Assembly (NCBI GenBank): GCA_944393245.1
Contig: CALXZM010000005.1
Location: 22,393 to 86,392 of the forward strand
Reading direction: 5' to 3'
Source of the DNA: an uncultured Alphaproteobacteria bacterium
GTDB lineage: Bacteria > Pseudomonadota > Alphaproteobacteria > Rs-D84
DNA length: 64,000 nt
Shown here: in pieces, positions 9,879 to 18,345 of the stretch
Position numbering within the stretch: the first letter of the stretch is position 1
How the letters are laid out: every line of letters starts with the position of its first letter
Notes under the pieces: generated by a model
The model's input: the letters and a program-made list of their open reading frames with translations, nothing else
Told to the model about the DNA's origin: nothing
The model's database searches: none
Program-made: the position numbers and the translations under genes

Positions 9879-10697
9879 ATGAATAACTTTGATAAGTTTT
9901 TTGATTTTACTTGGAAAAACACAAAATTCAGACAGCGCTTTAACCAGGCGCTAATGATTGCTTTTTTGGTGTGGGAATACGAAGACCCAGACATTAAAAA
10001 GGCTCTGCAAGACAATGATTTTGCCTACCTGAACAGCGCCATATCCAGCCTAATTGCACCAATTGCAGATTATGAAAGAACTTTTGCCCCACATGGATTG
10101 AATATGGTTATGCCTGGTGTTAATCTTTTGATTCAAAAGCATGACACACCATTTACACGTTATGAAAAAACCGATGTGCGCAACGCAAGCCCAGATTACA
10201 GCTTTACGCAATTTTTATCAGACTTGAACCTGACTGAGAACTTGTTCCTTGTCGGGCAAATTTTGCTAAACGTCAGCAAACTGCAAAACCTGTACAAAAT
10301 ACTGGACAATGGCACTTTAACACACGAACAAATTGCCGAACTGCACGAAGAATACAAAACGAAATACCCATCAGCGCTTATCACTACACTAATAGAAGAT
10401 GCATCATCGGGCCCGTCTTTGGCACAGCAATTACAGTATGAACACAGAGATATGAAAGTAACACTAGTCAAACCAGACACAGATAAAATAACACGTCTGG
10501 AAAGCGTATCAAGTTATATTGAAAATGGATTGATATTATTTCCAGCAGATGTCGCAAATTGGTGGCAAGATTTTTCCAGTGAACTGTTTACTTTCCCGAA
10601 CACGACTTTCAAAGACCAGTGCGATGCATTTTCACAGTGCCTTCACGTTGCGGCACCAATTGCGACAAAACCAGCCCCACGCGTGTTTGTTTTCTAA
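9879..10697 (+). CDS. Protein with a C-terminal phage terminase large-subunit nuclease-like domain, no ATPase
   Basis: IEDASSGPSLAQQL...DKITR...IENGLILFP...ELFTFP...DQCDAFSQ; AAGGA RBS before ATG 9879. Confidence 0.65.
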   Translation: MNNFDKFFDFTWKNTKFRQRFNQALMIAFLVWEYEDPDIKKALQDNDFAYLNSAISSLIAPIADYERTFAPHGLNMVMPGVNLLIQKHDTPFTRYEKTDVRNASPDYSFTQFLSDLNLTENLFLVGQILLNVSKLQNLYKILDNGTLTHEQIAELHEEYKTKYPSALITTLIEDASSGPSLAQQLQYEHRDMKVTLVKPDTDKITRLESVSSYIENGLILFPADVANWWQDFSSELFTFPNTTFKDQCDAFSQCLHVAAPIATKPAPRVFVF

Positions 10698-10698
10698 G

Positions 10699-10727
10699 TT
10701 GATAAAAAATCGCACAAGTGATAAAAT
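10699..10727 (+). promoter_or_regulatory. Sigma70-type promoter
   Basis: TTGATA-N17-TAAAAT with extended -10 TG. Confidence 0.6.
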
Positions 10728-10733
10728 ATGCAC

Positions 10734-10903
10734 GATATCAGGAGTTCTGATATTGGGGTGTAGTAACCCGTTTACGAGTGTCCGCAGTGACATAAAACCA
10801 TCCAACCGTTTGGTTGGAGGGTTGTGAATATACAGAATAAACAACACAATTCTCGTAAATTGTTACTAACCTACAACCACCAGATTTCTTGGTGGTTATT
10901 TTA
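10734..10903 (+). ncRNA. Putative structured RNA or leader upstream of the nuclease gene
   Basis: Stems 10735-41/10747-53, 10761-78/10852-68, 10801-07/10812-18 and 10875-82/10890-97 followed by ATTTT. Confidence 0.45.
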
Positions 10904-10922
10904 TAAACCAGCGGAGGAGAAA

Positions 10923-12074
10923 ATGTCCACAGCAAGAATTGTACAAAGACCAATTATCGTAGATAAATCTGGTAAAACCGTTTCACCAGAACTGGTCAAA
11001 ATGCCTAACGAGGCTTGGCTACAAAAATTGCTGCCGACCTGCCCGGATATACTGCCGGCAGCAGAAATAGACTCTAAATATTCGCAACTTTTTTATATTG
11101 CCAGTGAAGTCGCCACAGAATCCACCAAAACAGGCAAAGGTCATATTGATATTCTGTACGTATCAACAAATGGTAATTTAGTAATTGTTGAGACTAAACT
11201 ATACCGCAATCCAGAATCCAGTCGTCAAGTAATTGGACAAGTTTTGGATTATGCAGTAAGCCTGCACGACACAAAACAGTGGAATTGGGACAAGTTAGAG
11301 TCAATTTACAAAGGGAAAGATTTATACTCAGACATTAAATGCAAATACCCAGAAATAACCAGCAAAGAAAACTTTATTGAAAAAGTAAATGAATCTATCC
11401 GCCAAGCCGACTTTCTTATGATGATTGTCGGCGACGCAATCAGACCAAGTGCAGATAAAATAGCAGAATTTATCAACAGCCCAATAGATATGCATCACAG
11501 ATTGGCTCTTTGCGAACTTACAACCTATAAAATGGCAGACAAATTCTTGGTTGTTCCACGTTTAACAACTTCCACTAATATACTAGAACGGGCAGTAATT
11601 ACTCTGAAAGATTCAAAAATTATCGCAACAGAAACAAAGCAACATCAAGCCACAGAATCAGAATACAAGTACTTTCAAATCTCTATGGAAGACTTTATTT
11701 CAGACTTTACAAACAAGAACACACAGATTACCCCAGATATGTTATCCGCATTTTTTGACGCATTGCATTCGGCAGGCTTCACCACAAAAACCGCGACAAA
11801 ACAGGTTTCTATCGGTATTCCTGGCGTAGTGTCTTTATTTCAAATATCAACAGACAGCATATGGTTTACACCATCAAAATTACAAGCAACATTAAAGGGA
11901 CCAAAGGCAAAACCTGCCCTGTCCTATTTATTAGAAAGCCTGAAAGAATTTTTAATAAAGGGGCAAAACCCATACAAAGTTATGAACAAGTTCTACCGTT
12001 TGGATTTCTCGGTTATACATACTAAACGCAGAGAATTTATAGCCGCCCTTTCTAAGTTTAAGGAAATTGTATAA
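10923..12074 (+). CDS. NucS/DUF91-like PD-(D/E)xK endonuclease
   Basis: IDILYVSTNGNLVIVETKL...VIGQVLDYA; GGAGGA RBS before ATG 10923. Confidence 0.7.
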   Translation: MSTARIVQRPIIVDKSGKTVSPELVKMPNEAWLQKLLPTCPDILPAAEIDSKYSQLFYIASEVATESTKTGKGHIDILYVSTNGNLVIVETKLYRNPESSRQVIGQVLDYAVSLHDTKQWNWDKLESIYKGKDLYSDIKCKYPEITSKENFIEKVNESIRQADFLMMIVGDAIRPSADKIAEFINSPIDMHHRLALCELTTYKMADKFLVVPRLTTSTNILERAVITLKDSKIIATETKQHQATESEYKYFQISMEDFISDFTNKNTQITPDMLSAFFDALHSAGFTTKTATKQVSIGIPGVVSLFQISTDSIWFTPSKLQATLKGPKAKPALSYLLESLKEFLIKGQNPYKVMNKFYRLDFSVIHTKRREFIAALSKFKEIV

Positions 12075-12077
12075 AAC

Positions 12078-12515
12078 TTAAAAGTTATAATAAGTTGTGC
12101 CACCGATTTTATTTGTGCTGGATGATACACGGCGATTACCAATACTTCCCGTTGTATATGTTGTCGCACCTATTCTATTTGTACTTGTGTTAACACGGCT
12201 GTCACCAAAACTGCCAGAATGATAAACAGTGTTTCCAATTCTGTTTTCACTTACGTTTACACGCCTATCACCAATAGAACCGCTGGTATAAACCGTTCCG
12301 CCTATTCTATTAGAACTGGTATTTACCCTTTCATCACCAATACGACCAGTGGTATACGTCGTATTGCCAATTTTAGTTGTTGTAGTGCTAACGTAGTTTC
12401 CATCAGAATCACGCCCAGAACAGTAAACAGTATCACCAATAGTATTACAACTGACACCTGCCAAGCACGATATTGGCATACAAACCATAGCAAATAAAAA
12501 ACTTAGTTTTTTCAT
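12078..12515 (-). CDS. Secreted protein with ~20-aa beta-hairpin-like repeats
   Basis: Signal peptide MKKLSFLF...; repeats of NRIGxTVYxSGSIGDxRVN. Confidence 0.7.
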   Translation of the reverse strand: MKKLSFLFAMVCMPISCLAGVSCNTIGDTVYCSGRDSDGNYVSTTTTKIGNTTYTTGRIGDERVNTSSNRIGGTVYTSGSIGDRRVNVSENRIGNTVYHSGSFGDSRVNTSTNRIGATTYTTGSIGNRRVSSSTNKIGGTTYYNF

Positions 12516-12567
12516 ACTGTTATATATAATACAAATAACACCAATTATCAACTAATTACAAGAAGTA

Positions 12568-12670
12568 TTGATTTTTTACGAATTTTCTGGTATAATATGC
12601 ATCAACAACCGGCGGACAAATGCGTCCGTTTTTATTTTGCCCTGGCTTTTAAAAGTCGGGGCTTTTTATT
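12568..12670 (+). promoter_or_regulatory. Promoter plus two hairpin/U-tract elements before the methyltransferase
   Basis: TTGATT-N17-TATAAT (12568-12596); hairpins 12613-12628 and 12639-12662, each followed by T runs. Confidence 0.5.
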
Positions 12671-12688
12671 ACCCAAAAGGAATATCAT

Positions 12689-13564
12689 ATGAATTACAAA
12701 TACATAAACCTGTTTTCTGGTATAGGTGGTTGGGAACTTGGCTTACAAGACCTGCCAATGGAAAATGTTTTATCATGCGAAATAGATAAACACGCAAGAA
12801 ACACATTTATAACCAACTTCCCGGACCTGCCGTGTATAAAAAACAATAACTTTCCAACAGACATAAGAACATTGGACCCGTATGATATCCCTGAATTTGA
12901 TATCTTGGTCGGCAGTCCCCCTTGTCAATCTTTCAGCACAGCCGGCCTTCGGAAAGGTCTGTTAGACTCAGCAGACGACAAAGGTAATATGTTCTTTTAT
13001 GTGCTTAAAATTATCAAAGCTCGCAAACCGCGGGCTTTTATTTTAGAAAACGTAAAAGGATTGCTTACTGCCGAAGGTGGCAGAAGTTTCAGAATAATTC
13101 ACAACCTGTTTAGAAATGCTGGTTATTCGTTTCATTACAAAGTAATACGTGGAACCGACTGCGGAATTCCGCAGATAAGGCAGAGGGTCTTTATGGTTGG
13201 CTTTCGCAATGAACAAACGGAAGAATCATACTTTAAATTTCCAGAGCCTGTACCATTAAAATACACTCTAAAAGACGTGTTTAATTGTACAACGTGCGAC
13301 CGAGATATCGCCCACACTGTTATGACAACCCGACACAATAAGAATTATGGCCAGCCATTAAATTGGTCTGCATACATAATTGATGGACAAGAGCGCAGAA
13401 TCACAATGGAAGAAATGCAAAAAATAATGGGTTTTCCAGACAGTTTTGTATTTCCTGTATCAAAGAACCAAAAAATGAAACAACTAGGCAACAGCATCAT
13501 TCCAGATTGTGTTAAAATGGTCGCAACCGAGGTTCTTAAATACTTGAACAAGCACGATGTTTAA
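12689..13564 (+). CDS. DNA (cytosine-5) methyltransferase
   Basis: FSGIGG, PPCQ, ENV, QIRQRVF and QLGNS motifs. Confidence 0.95.
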   Translation: MNYKYINLFSGIGGWELGLQDLPMENVLSCEIDKHARNTFITNFPDLPCIKNNNFPTDIRTLDPYDIPEFDILVGSPPCQSFSTAGLRKGLLDSADDKGNMFFYVLKIIKARKPRAFILENVKGLLTAEGGRSFRIIHNLFRNAGYSFHYKVIRGTDCGIPQIRQRVFMVGFRNEQTEESYFKFPEPVPLKYTLKDVFNCTTCDRDIAHTVMTTRHNKNYGQPLNWSAYIIDGQERRITMEEMQKIMGFPDSFVFPVSKNQKMKQLGNSIIPDCVKMVATEVLKYLNKHDV

Positions 13565-13580
13565 TGTATCTTTTAGAACT

Positions 13581-14566
13581 ATGAAGAAGCTGATTTTTGT
13601 CATATTTGCTTTTATAACTTTATCGATACACAGCGTATCGGCATTTGAGATTTCGGATATAAAAAACTATTCTGCCATCGTCGTAAAAACGATGGTACCA
13701 GCAAAAAGACAGAAATACGAAACGGCGAAGCTCTCAGAACTATTCTTGGCGATGAAAAAATTAAGCTTGATACAGAATACGTATACATAGGCGACAAGAA
13801 GATAGAAGAAAACGGTTCTACAACTTGGTATCATTATAAATCCCCCAAGGCAAAAAAGTCTGTATATCATCTGTATTACCAGAAGAAAGAGCCTATGTAT
13901 TATGCACAAACTGGCGATACTTTGGCAGTAATCAGAACTTCTGACACAGGATTGGTGCTTTTGATAACACAAAAAGGTTCAAAAGCAGAACAAGAACTGT
14001 TTGATATTATTGGTTTTCGGCAAGCAAATAAGGAAACGTCTTGGTGGAAAAAATTATGGGGACAAAAATCAGATACCGACCAAGAAGAATACAACATAAC
14101 ATCTGATAACTTACCAATTGATGCAATAAAACCTAAAACTTGGGCACGTGTTTACTTTACCCCAGGTCTCGAATGTGAAAACAATATAATTGCTGAAATC
14201 AATCAGGCAAAGAAGATAGATATAGCAGTATATTCTATCACCAATCAGAATATAGTTGATGCGCTTGTTGTTGCAAAAGACAGGGGCGCAAAAATCAGAA
14301 TTATCACAGACAGGTTACAGTCTGCTGGTAAATATTCTTTGGTACCGTATTTGGAAGAACAAGGCTTTGATATCGTTAAGAATAAAAAGCATAAAATAAT
14401 GCATAATAAATTTGCTATTTTTGACGGGAAAAGAATAGAAAACGGCAGTTATAACTGGACAAAGAGTGCCAGTGAATCAAACGCCGAAAACTGTTCTTTC
14501 TTTGAGCAACAAGACAAAATCTACACCAATCAATTTGAATATCTTTGGGATTTGTATGATGATTAA
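13581..14566 (+). pseudogene. Signal-peptide PLD (Nuc-like) nuclease split by a 1-bp frameshift
   Basis: HNKFAIFD...NGSYNWT (single HKD); the PLD frame is open back to the A6 run at 13661-13666, where one extra A joins it to the signal-peptide ORF at 13581. Confidence 0.7.
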
Positions 14567-14653
14567 CTACATTTTGTCCAAATGGTCAAAAAGTTGTTTG
14601 TTTTTAGTGTATTTTATACTATCGTAGCTTAACGAAAAAGGAAAGTATAGATT

Positions 14654-15436
14654 ATGGATAATTACGCCGAGTACTTAAATAAAATACGCAACATAAACAT
14701 CAAATTTTTAAAAGAGATTCCAGCTGATTTAGCTCCCTGTGAGTACAACCACCATTTGTTATTGAATAAACTATCAGAAGCACGCAACGCTTATTTAACT
14801 CTGATAGACAAAGAACTGTATACCGATGCCATGTTAATAGCGGGGCATATTTTGGAAAATTGTGCAATTATCGATTATATTCAACAAGATGAAATAAAAG
14901 ATACTGGCAGAACAAAAAAACGTGCGTCAAAAGATTTGGTTCAAACTTTATATGATTTACTAGCTTTTGTTAATGAAGACACACCAGATAAAGATACTGA
15001 AGATGCAATAAACGAATTGTTAGATGGGTTAAACGAATGGGGAACATGTATTTTAAAATCAAAAGATTTAAACAACGAACAAATAGTAGAAAAATTAAAA
15101 AACGCTGAAACAAATAAAGAAAAACAGCAAATATTAAAAAATAACTATTGTTTCCCTGTAGTGGAAGATTATCTTAGACCACTCAGAAAGAATATAGCAA
15201 AATTTTATGGTCAACCAGACATAAACAATAAACTTATTTTGTTTTATGCATCTTATTGTAAAATAAAGCATTGTGGGGCAAGTATGTATACACCCATTCC
15301 CCAAGATAACAAATGCCTTCGCATGAATCCGCTCCAGTATAAAGATATTAGTGTAATAGTTGTTTTTATGTGTCTGGAATATACATATAATAAAGCGAAA
15401 GAAATATATTTAAAACAAAAAAAACAGAAATTTTAA
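14654..15436 (+). CDS. Hypothetical helical protein, DUF5677/HEPN-like
   Basis: YTDAMLIAGHILE and YASYCKIKH patterns; family call tentative. Confidence 0.45.
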   Translation: MDNYAEYLNKIRNINIKFLKEIPADLAPCEYNHHLLLNKLSEARNAYLTLIDKELYTDAMLIAGHILENCAIIDYIQQDEIKDTGRTKKRASKDLVQTLYDLLAFVNEDTPDKDTEDAINELLDGLNEWGTCILKSKDLNNEQIVEKLKNAETNKEKQQILKNNYCFPVVEDYLRPLRKNIAKFYGQPDINNKLILFYASYCKIKHCGASMYTPIPQDNKCLRMNPLQYKDISVIVVFMCLEYTYNKAKEIYLKQKKQKF

Positions 15437-15438
15437 TT

Positions 15439-16317
15439 TTACTGTTTCAAAGACAAACACAATTTCAGCTTTTTTATATTATTATCTGGCGATTTATGAT
15501 TTTGTAAATCTTCTTGTATATTACACATCATGTTTATAACAGATTGAAACTGTTGCCGTATCGGTAAAAATTGGTCTCCATTATCACCGTATCCTGTTAA
15601 AATATCCTTCGCACCAGTTCTATAATAATAATGCATATCACGAGCAGGTTCCGCATAATGTGCGGCTCCAAAATCAATCAATCCAGTTATTTTTTTTGAC
15701 TCACAATCAAATATCATATTTCCAAAATGTAAATCACAATGCGTAAAAACAGGTTCTACAGGATATTCAGAAGATATTTGTTTATATTTGTCTGCTAAAT
15801 TATCAGCACTATTTATAATATCTTTTGGTACCGCATTTCTAACATTGGAATCACAATATTTGTTAAAAGCATCTAAATTATCAATATATGTTTCAACACT
15901 CCTGTTAAGCCATACAGGATCAGATGGTGCACAATCATGAATATTACGCATAATTCTACCAATTTGTTGTAATATGTCAGATTTAGTAGTTTCATCAAAA
16001 GAATCATGCAATTCTTGGGTATATGTTATACCGTTAAGGAAACTTTCGCCAATGATATGTTTACCGTCAATACTACGCTTACTATATAATATTTCAGGTA
16101 TACGCACGCACAATTTATTAGCCAAATGTTGTAAAACATTTACTTCTTTATCTTGATCATTCATATATTCATCTTCAAGTTTTGGAATTTTAAAAACAAT
16201 TTTATCATTAACTAAACACGCATAGGCGTACTTACCGTCACCCAGAATAGAAAAATTATTTATAGATAGTTCTGGAAAAGTAGTTTGAACAACATTTTTT
16301 AACTGATTTACATCCAT
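15439..16317 (-). CDS. Aminoglycoside phosphotransferase (APH) family kinase
   Basis: HCDLHFGN Brenner motif, IDFG, VFKIP. Confidence 0.85.
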   Translation of the reverse strand: MDVNQLKNVVQTTFPELSINNFSILGDGKYAYACLVNDKIVFKIPKLEDEYMNDQDKEVNVLQHLANKLCVRIPEILYSKRSIDGKHIIGESFLNGITYTQELHDSFDETTKSDILQQIGRIMRNIHDCAPSDPVWLNRSVETYIDNLDAFNKYCDSNVRNAVPKDIINSADNLADKYKQISSEYPVEPVFTHCDLHFGNMIFDCESKKITGLIDFGAAHYAEPARDMHYYYRTGAKDILTGYGDNGDQFLPIRQQFQSVINMMCNIQEDLQNHKSPDNNIKKLKLCLSLKQ

Positions 16318-16492
16318 GCTGCTTATTATATAAAGAGCCTACAAGGAGTCAAATAAAATATCGTTCTGATTGTAAAAATGAATTTTTACAAAACATAATC
16401 AGATAACAATAAATAAACATGCAAAAGAAACTTAGCTTTTGGCTTATCTTCTGGCAAAGAACACAATTGGGATTTGTATCAAGAATAAAAAT

Positions 16493-17404
16493 TTATTCAA
16501 AATACGAAGCATCAAACTCTTTAATATCGTAGTTCTTTTTCTGCTTTGCCCCCAAATTATGTTCTCTCATTAACCTGGCTAACATCGGCCCGTCAATCAA
16601 AACGATACTATGACCGTGGGCATTTTTTGCACAAGTCTTTGCTTTATCAGCAAATGTAGACGTTGTTATAAACACACCTTTAGACATATTATTTGTAGCC
16701 AAAGCCCCAACAAAGTCTCTCATTTCTACTTCGTTAACCTTACCATCGTTGTATCGTTTTGCTTGTAAATATATCTTAGAAAGTCCTAATTCGTCTTCAT
16801 TGATTATTCCATCTATTCCGCCATCAGCGACAAATCTAGTAACTTCCCCCACTCCGTAATCCATCGCTTCCATTAAATCTATTACAATGCTCTCAAAACG
16901 TTTTGGATCTATAGATTTTAATGTGCCTAATATTTCGTCTTCTAAAGCGACGTTTATCTCGTCTATCGCATCATTTATTCTTTGTTCTGGATCAATATCA
17001 CTATTATCACAAGAAATTTGTTCCGTACGTTCTTCATGACGCTTTTTTGCGTTATCATTTGTCTTTTGCATAAAATCGGCAAAAGCTTTGTATTTCATCA
17101 AAAATTCATCATTTATTTTTTCGCCTGATGCAACAACCCTTAACCCCTCTTCTGTGATTTTATAATATCCACGACTTGGACGTTCCAACAAACCGGCTCT
17201 ATACATAAAATAAGTTGCCCAATATACCCTGCTTTTTACAACACTTTCACCAGACTTTAATACCTGACTTCTATCTTCATCTGACAAACCAAGATTGTCC
17301 GAAACTTTGTCTACAATATCTGTACCTTTAATAACCTCTTTACTCTCTGCAAAAACTTTTAGGCATGGGTTCATAAAATCTTGATAATTTGGCACACTCA
17401 TCAT
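16493..17404 (-). CDS. mrr: Mrr type IV restriction endonuclease
   Basis: N-terminal VPNYQDFM/RVYWA wHTH; DGGIDG...IYLQAKRY; KGVFITTS. Confidence 0.9.
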   Translation of the reverse strand: MMSVPNYQDFMNPCLKVFAESKEVIKGTDIVDKVSDNLGLSDEDRSQVLKSGESVVKSRVYWATYFMYRAGLLERPSRGYYKITEEGLRVVASGEKINDEFLMKYKAFADFMQKTNDNAKKRHEERTEQISCDNSDIDPEQRINDAIDEINVALEDEILGTLKSIDPKRFESIVIDLMEAMDYGVGEVTRFVADGGIDGIINEDELGLSKIYLQAKRYNDGKVNEVEMRDFVGALATNNMSKGVFITTSTFADKAKTCAKNAHGHSIVLIDGPMLARLMREHNLGAKQKKNYDIKEFDASYFE

Positions 17405-17490
17405 AAATCCTTTAACTATTTCTATAACACTGATGTAATCGTCATAGTTTAAGATATTATAACATATTTAACAACAAAATCCGCACTAAA

Positions 17491-17646
17491 TTATTTATTC
17501 CAATTTTGATAAATTAAAATAAATCTATTTAAATCGTCTTTTATTGATCACCGTTTTGGTAAATTTGTATCAAGCACATTTATAAAGTGCTCATTATGTG
17601 TTCTTTCAATCAAATGAATTAGTTCATGAACAACTACATATTCAAT
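17491..17646 (-). pseudogene. C-terminal remnant of a YgjP/DUF45-type metallopeptidase
   Basis: IEYVVVHELIHLIERTHNEHF...LPKR* (HExxH), no N-terminus, internal TGA at 17548-17550. Confidence 0.65.
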
Positions 17647-17661
17647 ATTTACGTATACAAC

Positions 17662-18343
17662 TTAACTTTCAATTGGCTCATAGCCATTTTCTGAAATATA
17701 TTCATCAAAAAATACGAAATCTGGTTTAGCTTTTAAAAAATCAATATCTGTTTTTGATAAATAAAAATCTCAGATTAACCCTGAAATTTTATAAAACTTT
17801 TCTGTTTGATCCATTTCTGCACGTATTTCGTCTGCATGTTTTATAAATCTATCAGTTGGATGTGAAAGCAATTCATAAAATGCAGCAGATTGGATTTCCT
17901 TTAATACATTTATAGATTTTTCTATATATTTATCAATTTGTTCTTTTGTTAAAACGTCACCAGTAAAATTCCCTTTGCTTTACCAAATCCATATGATCAT
18001 TTTTCACTGTTTCTGAAATTCTACGACCAAATAGCCTAACACGAGATTTTTCATCCCCTACATCAGAATAAATAGCGGGTGTTAAATCTGTTATAGGGGC
18101 GCGCCCGCTTCTGCAAGAATTAGCAACATCAACATCCATTCTATGATACTTTAATACATACATATGAAATATTGCCATGTATAATTGATGATATGAAAAT
18201 AAGGCAAGATTATAAAAACCACGTTCATAGTGATAAGCAAGATCTTCTTGGTATTTATACAAATAGTCAATAGTATCGTCAAGTGGGGGCAATAAATCCA
18301 TCAATAAATAGACAGGATTATCATTAGAATACTCAACTATCAT
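17662..18343 (-). pseudogene. Disrupted RM-associated hypothetical gene
   Basis: ORF ends KQREFYW*; another frame continues GNFTGDVLTKEQIDKYIEK... with one internal TGA, to TAA at 17662. Confidence 0.55.
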
Positions 18344-18345
18344 CG

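Noticed and set aside
17491-17790. In-frame TGA codons as evidence of a recoded genetic code
   Set aside because: TGA ends intact genes elsewhere (dacA, hamB, queA) and Trp is encoded by TGG; these are pseudogene lesions.
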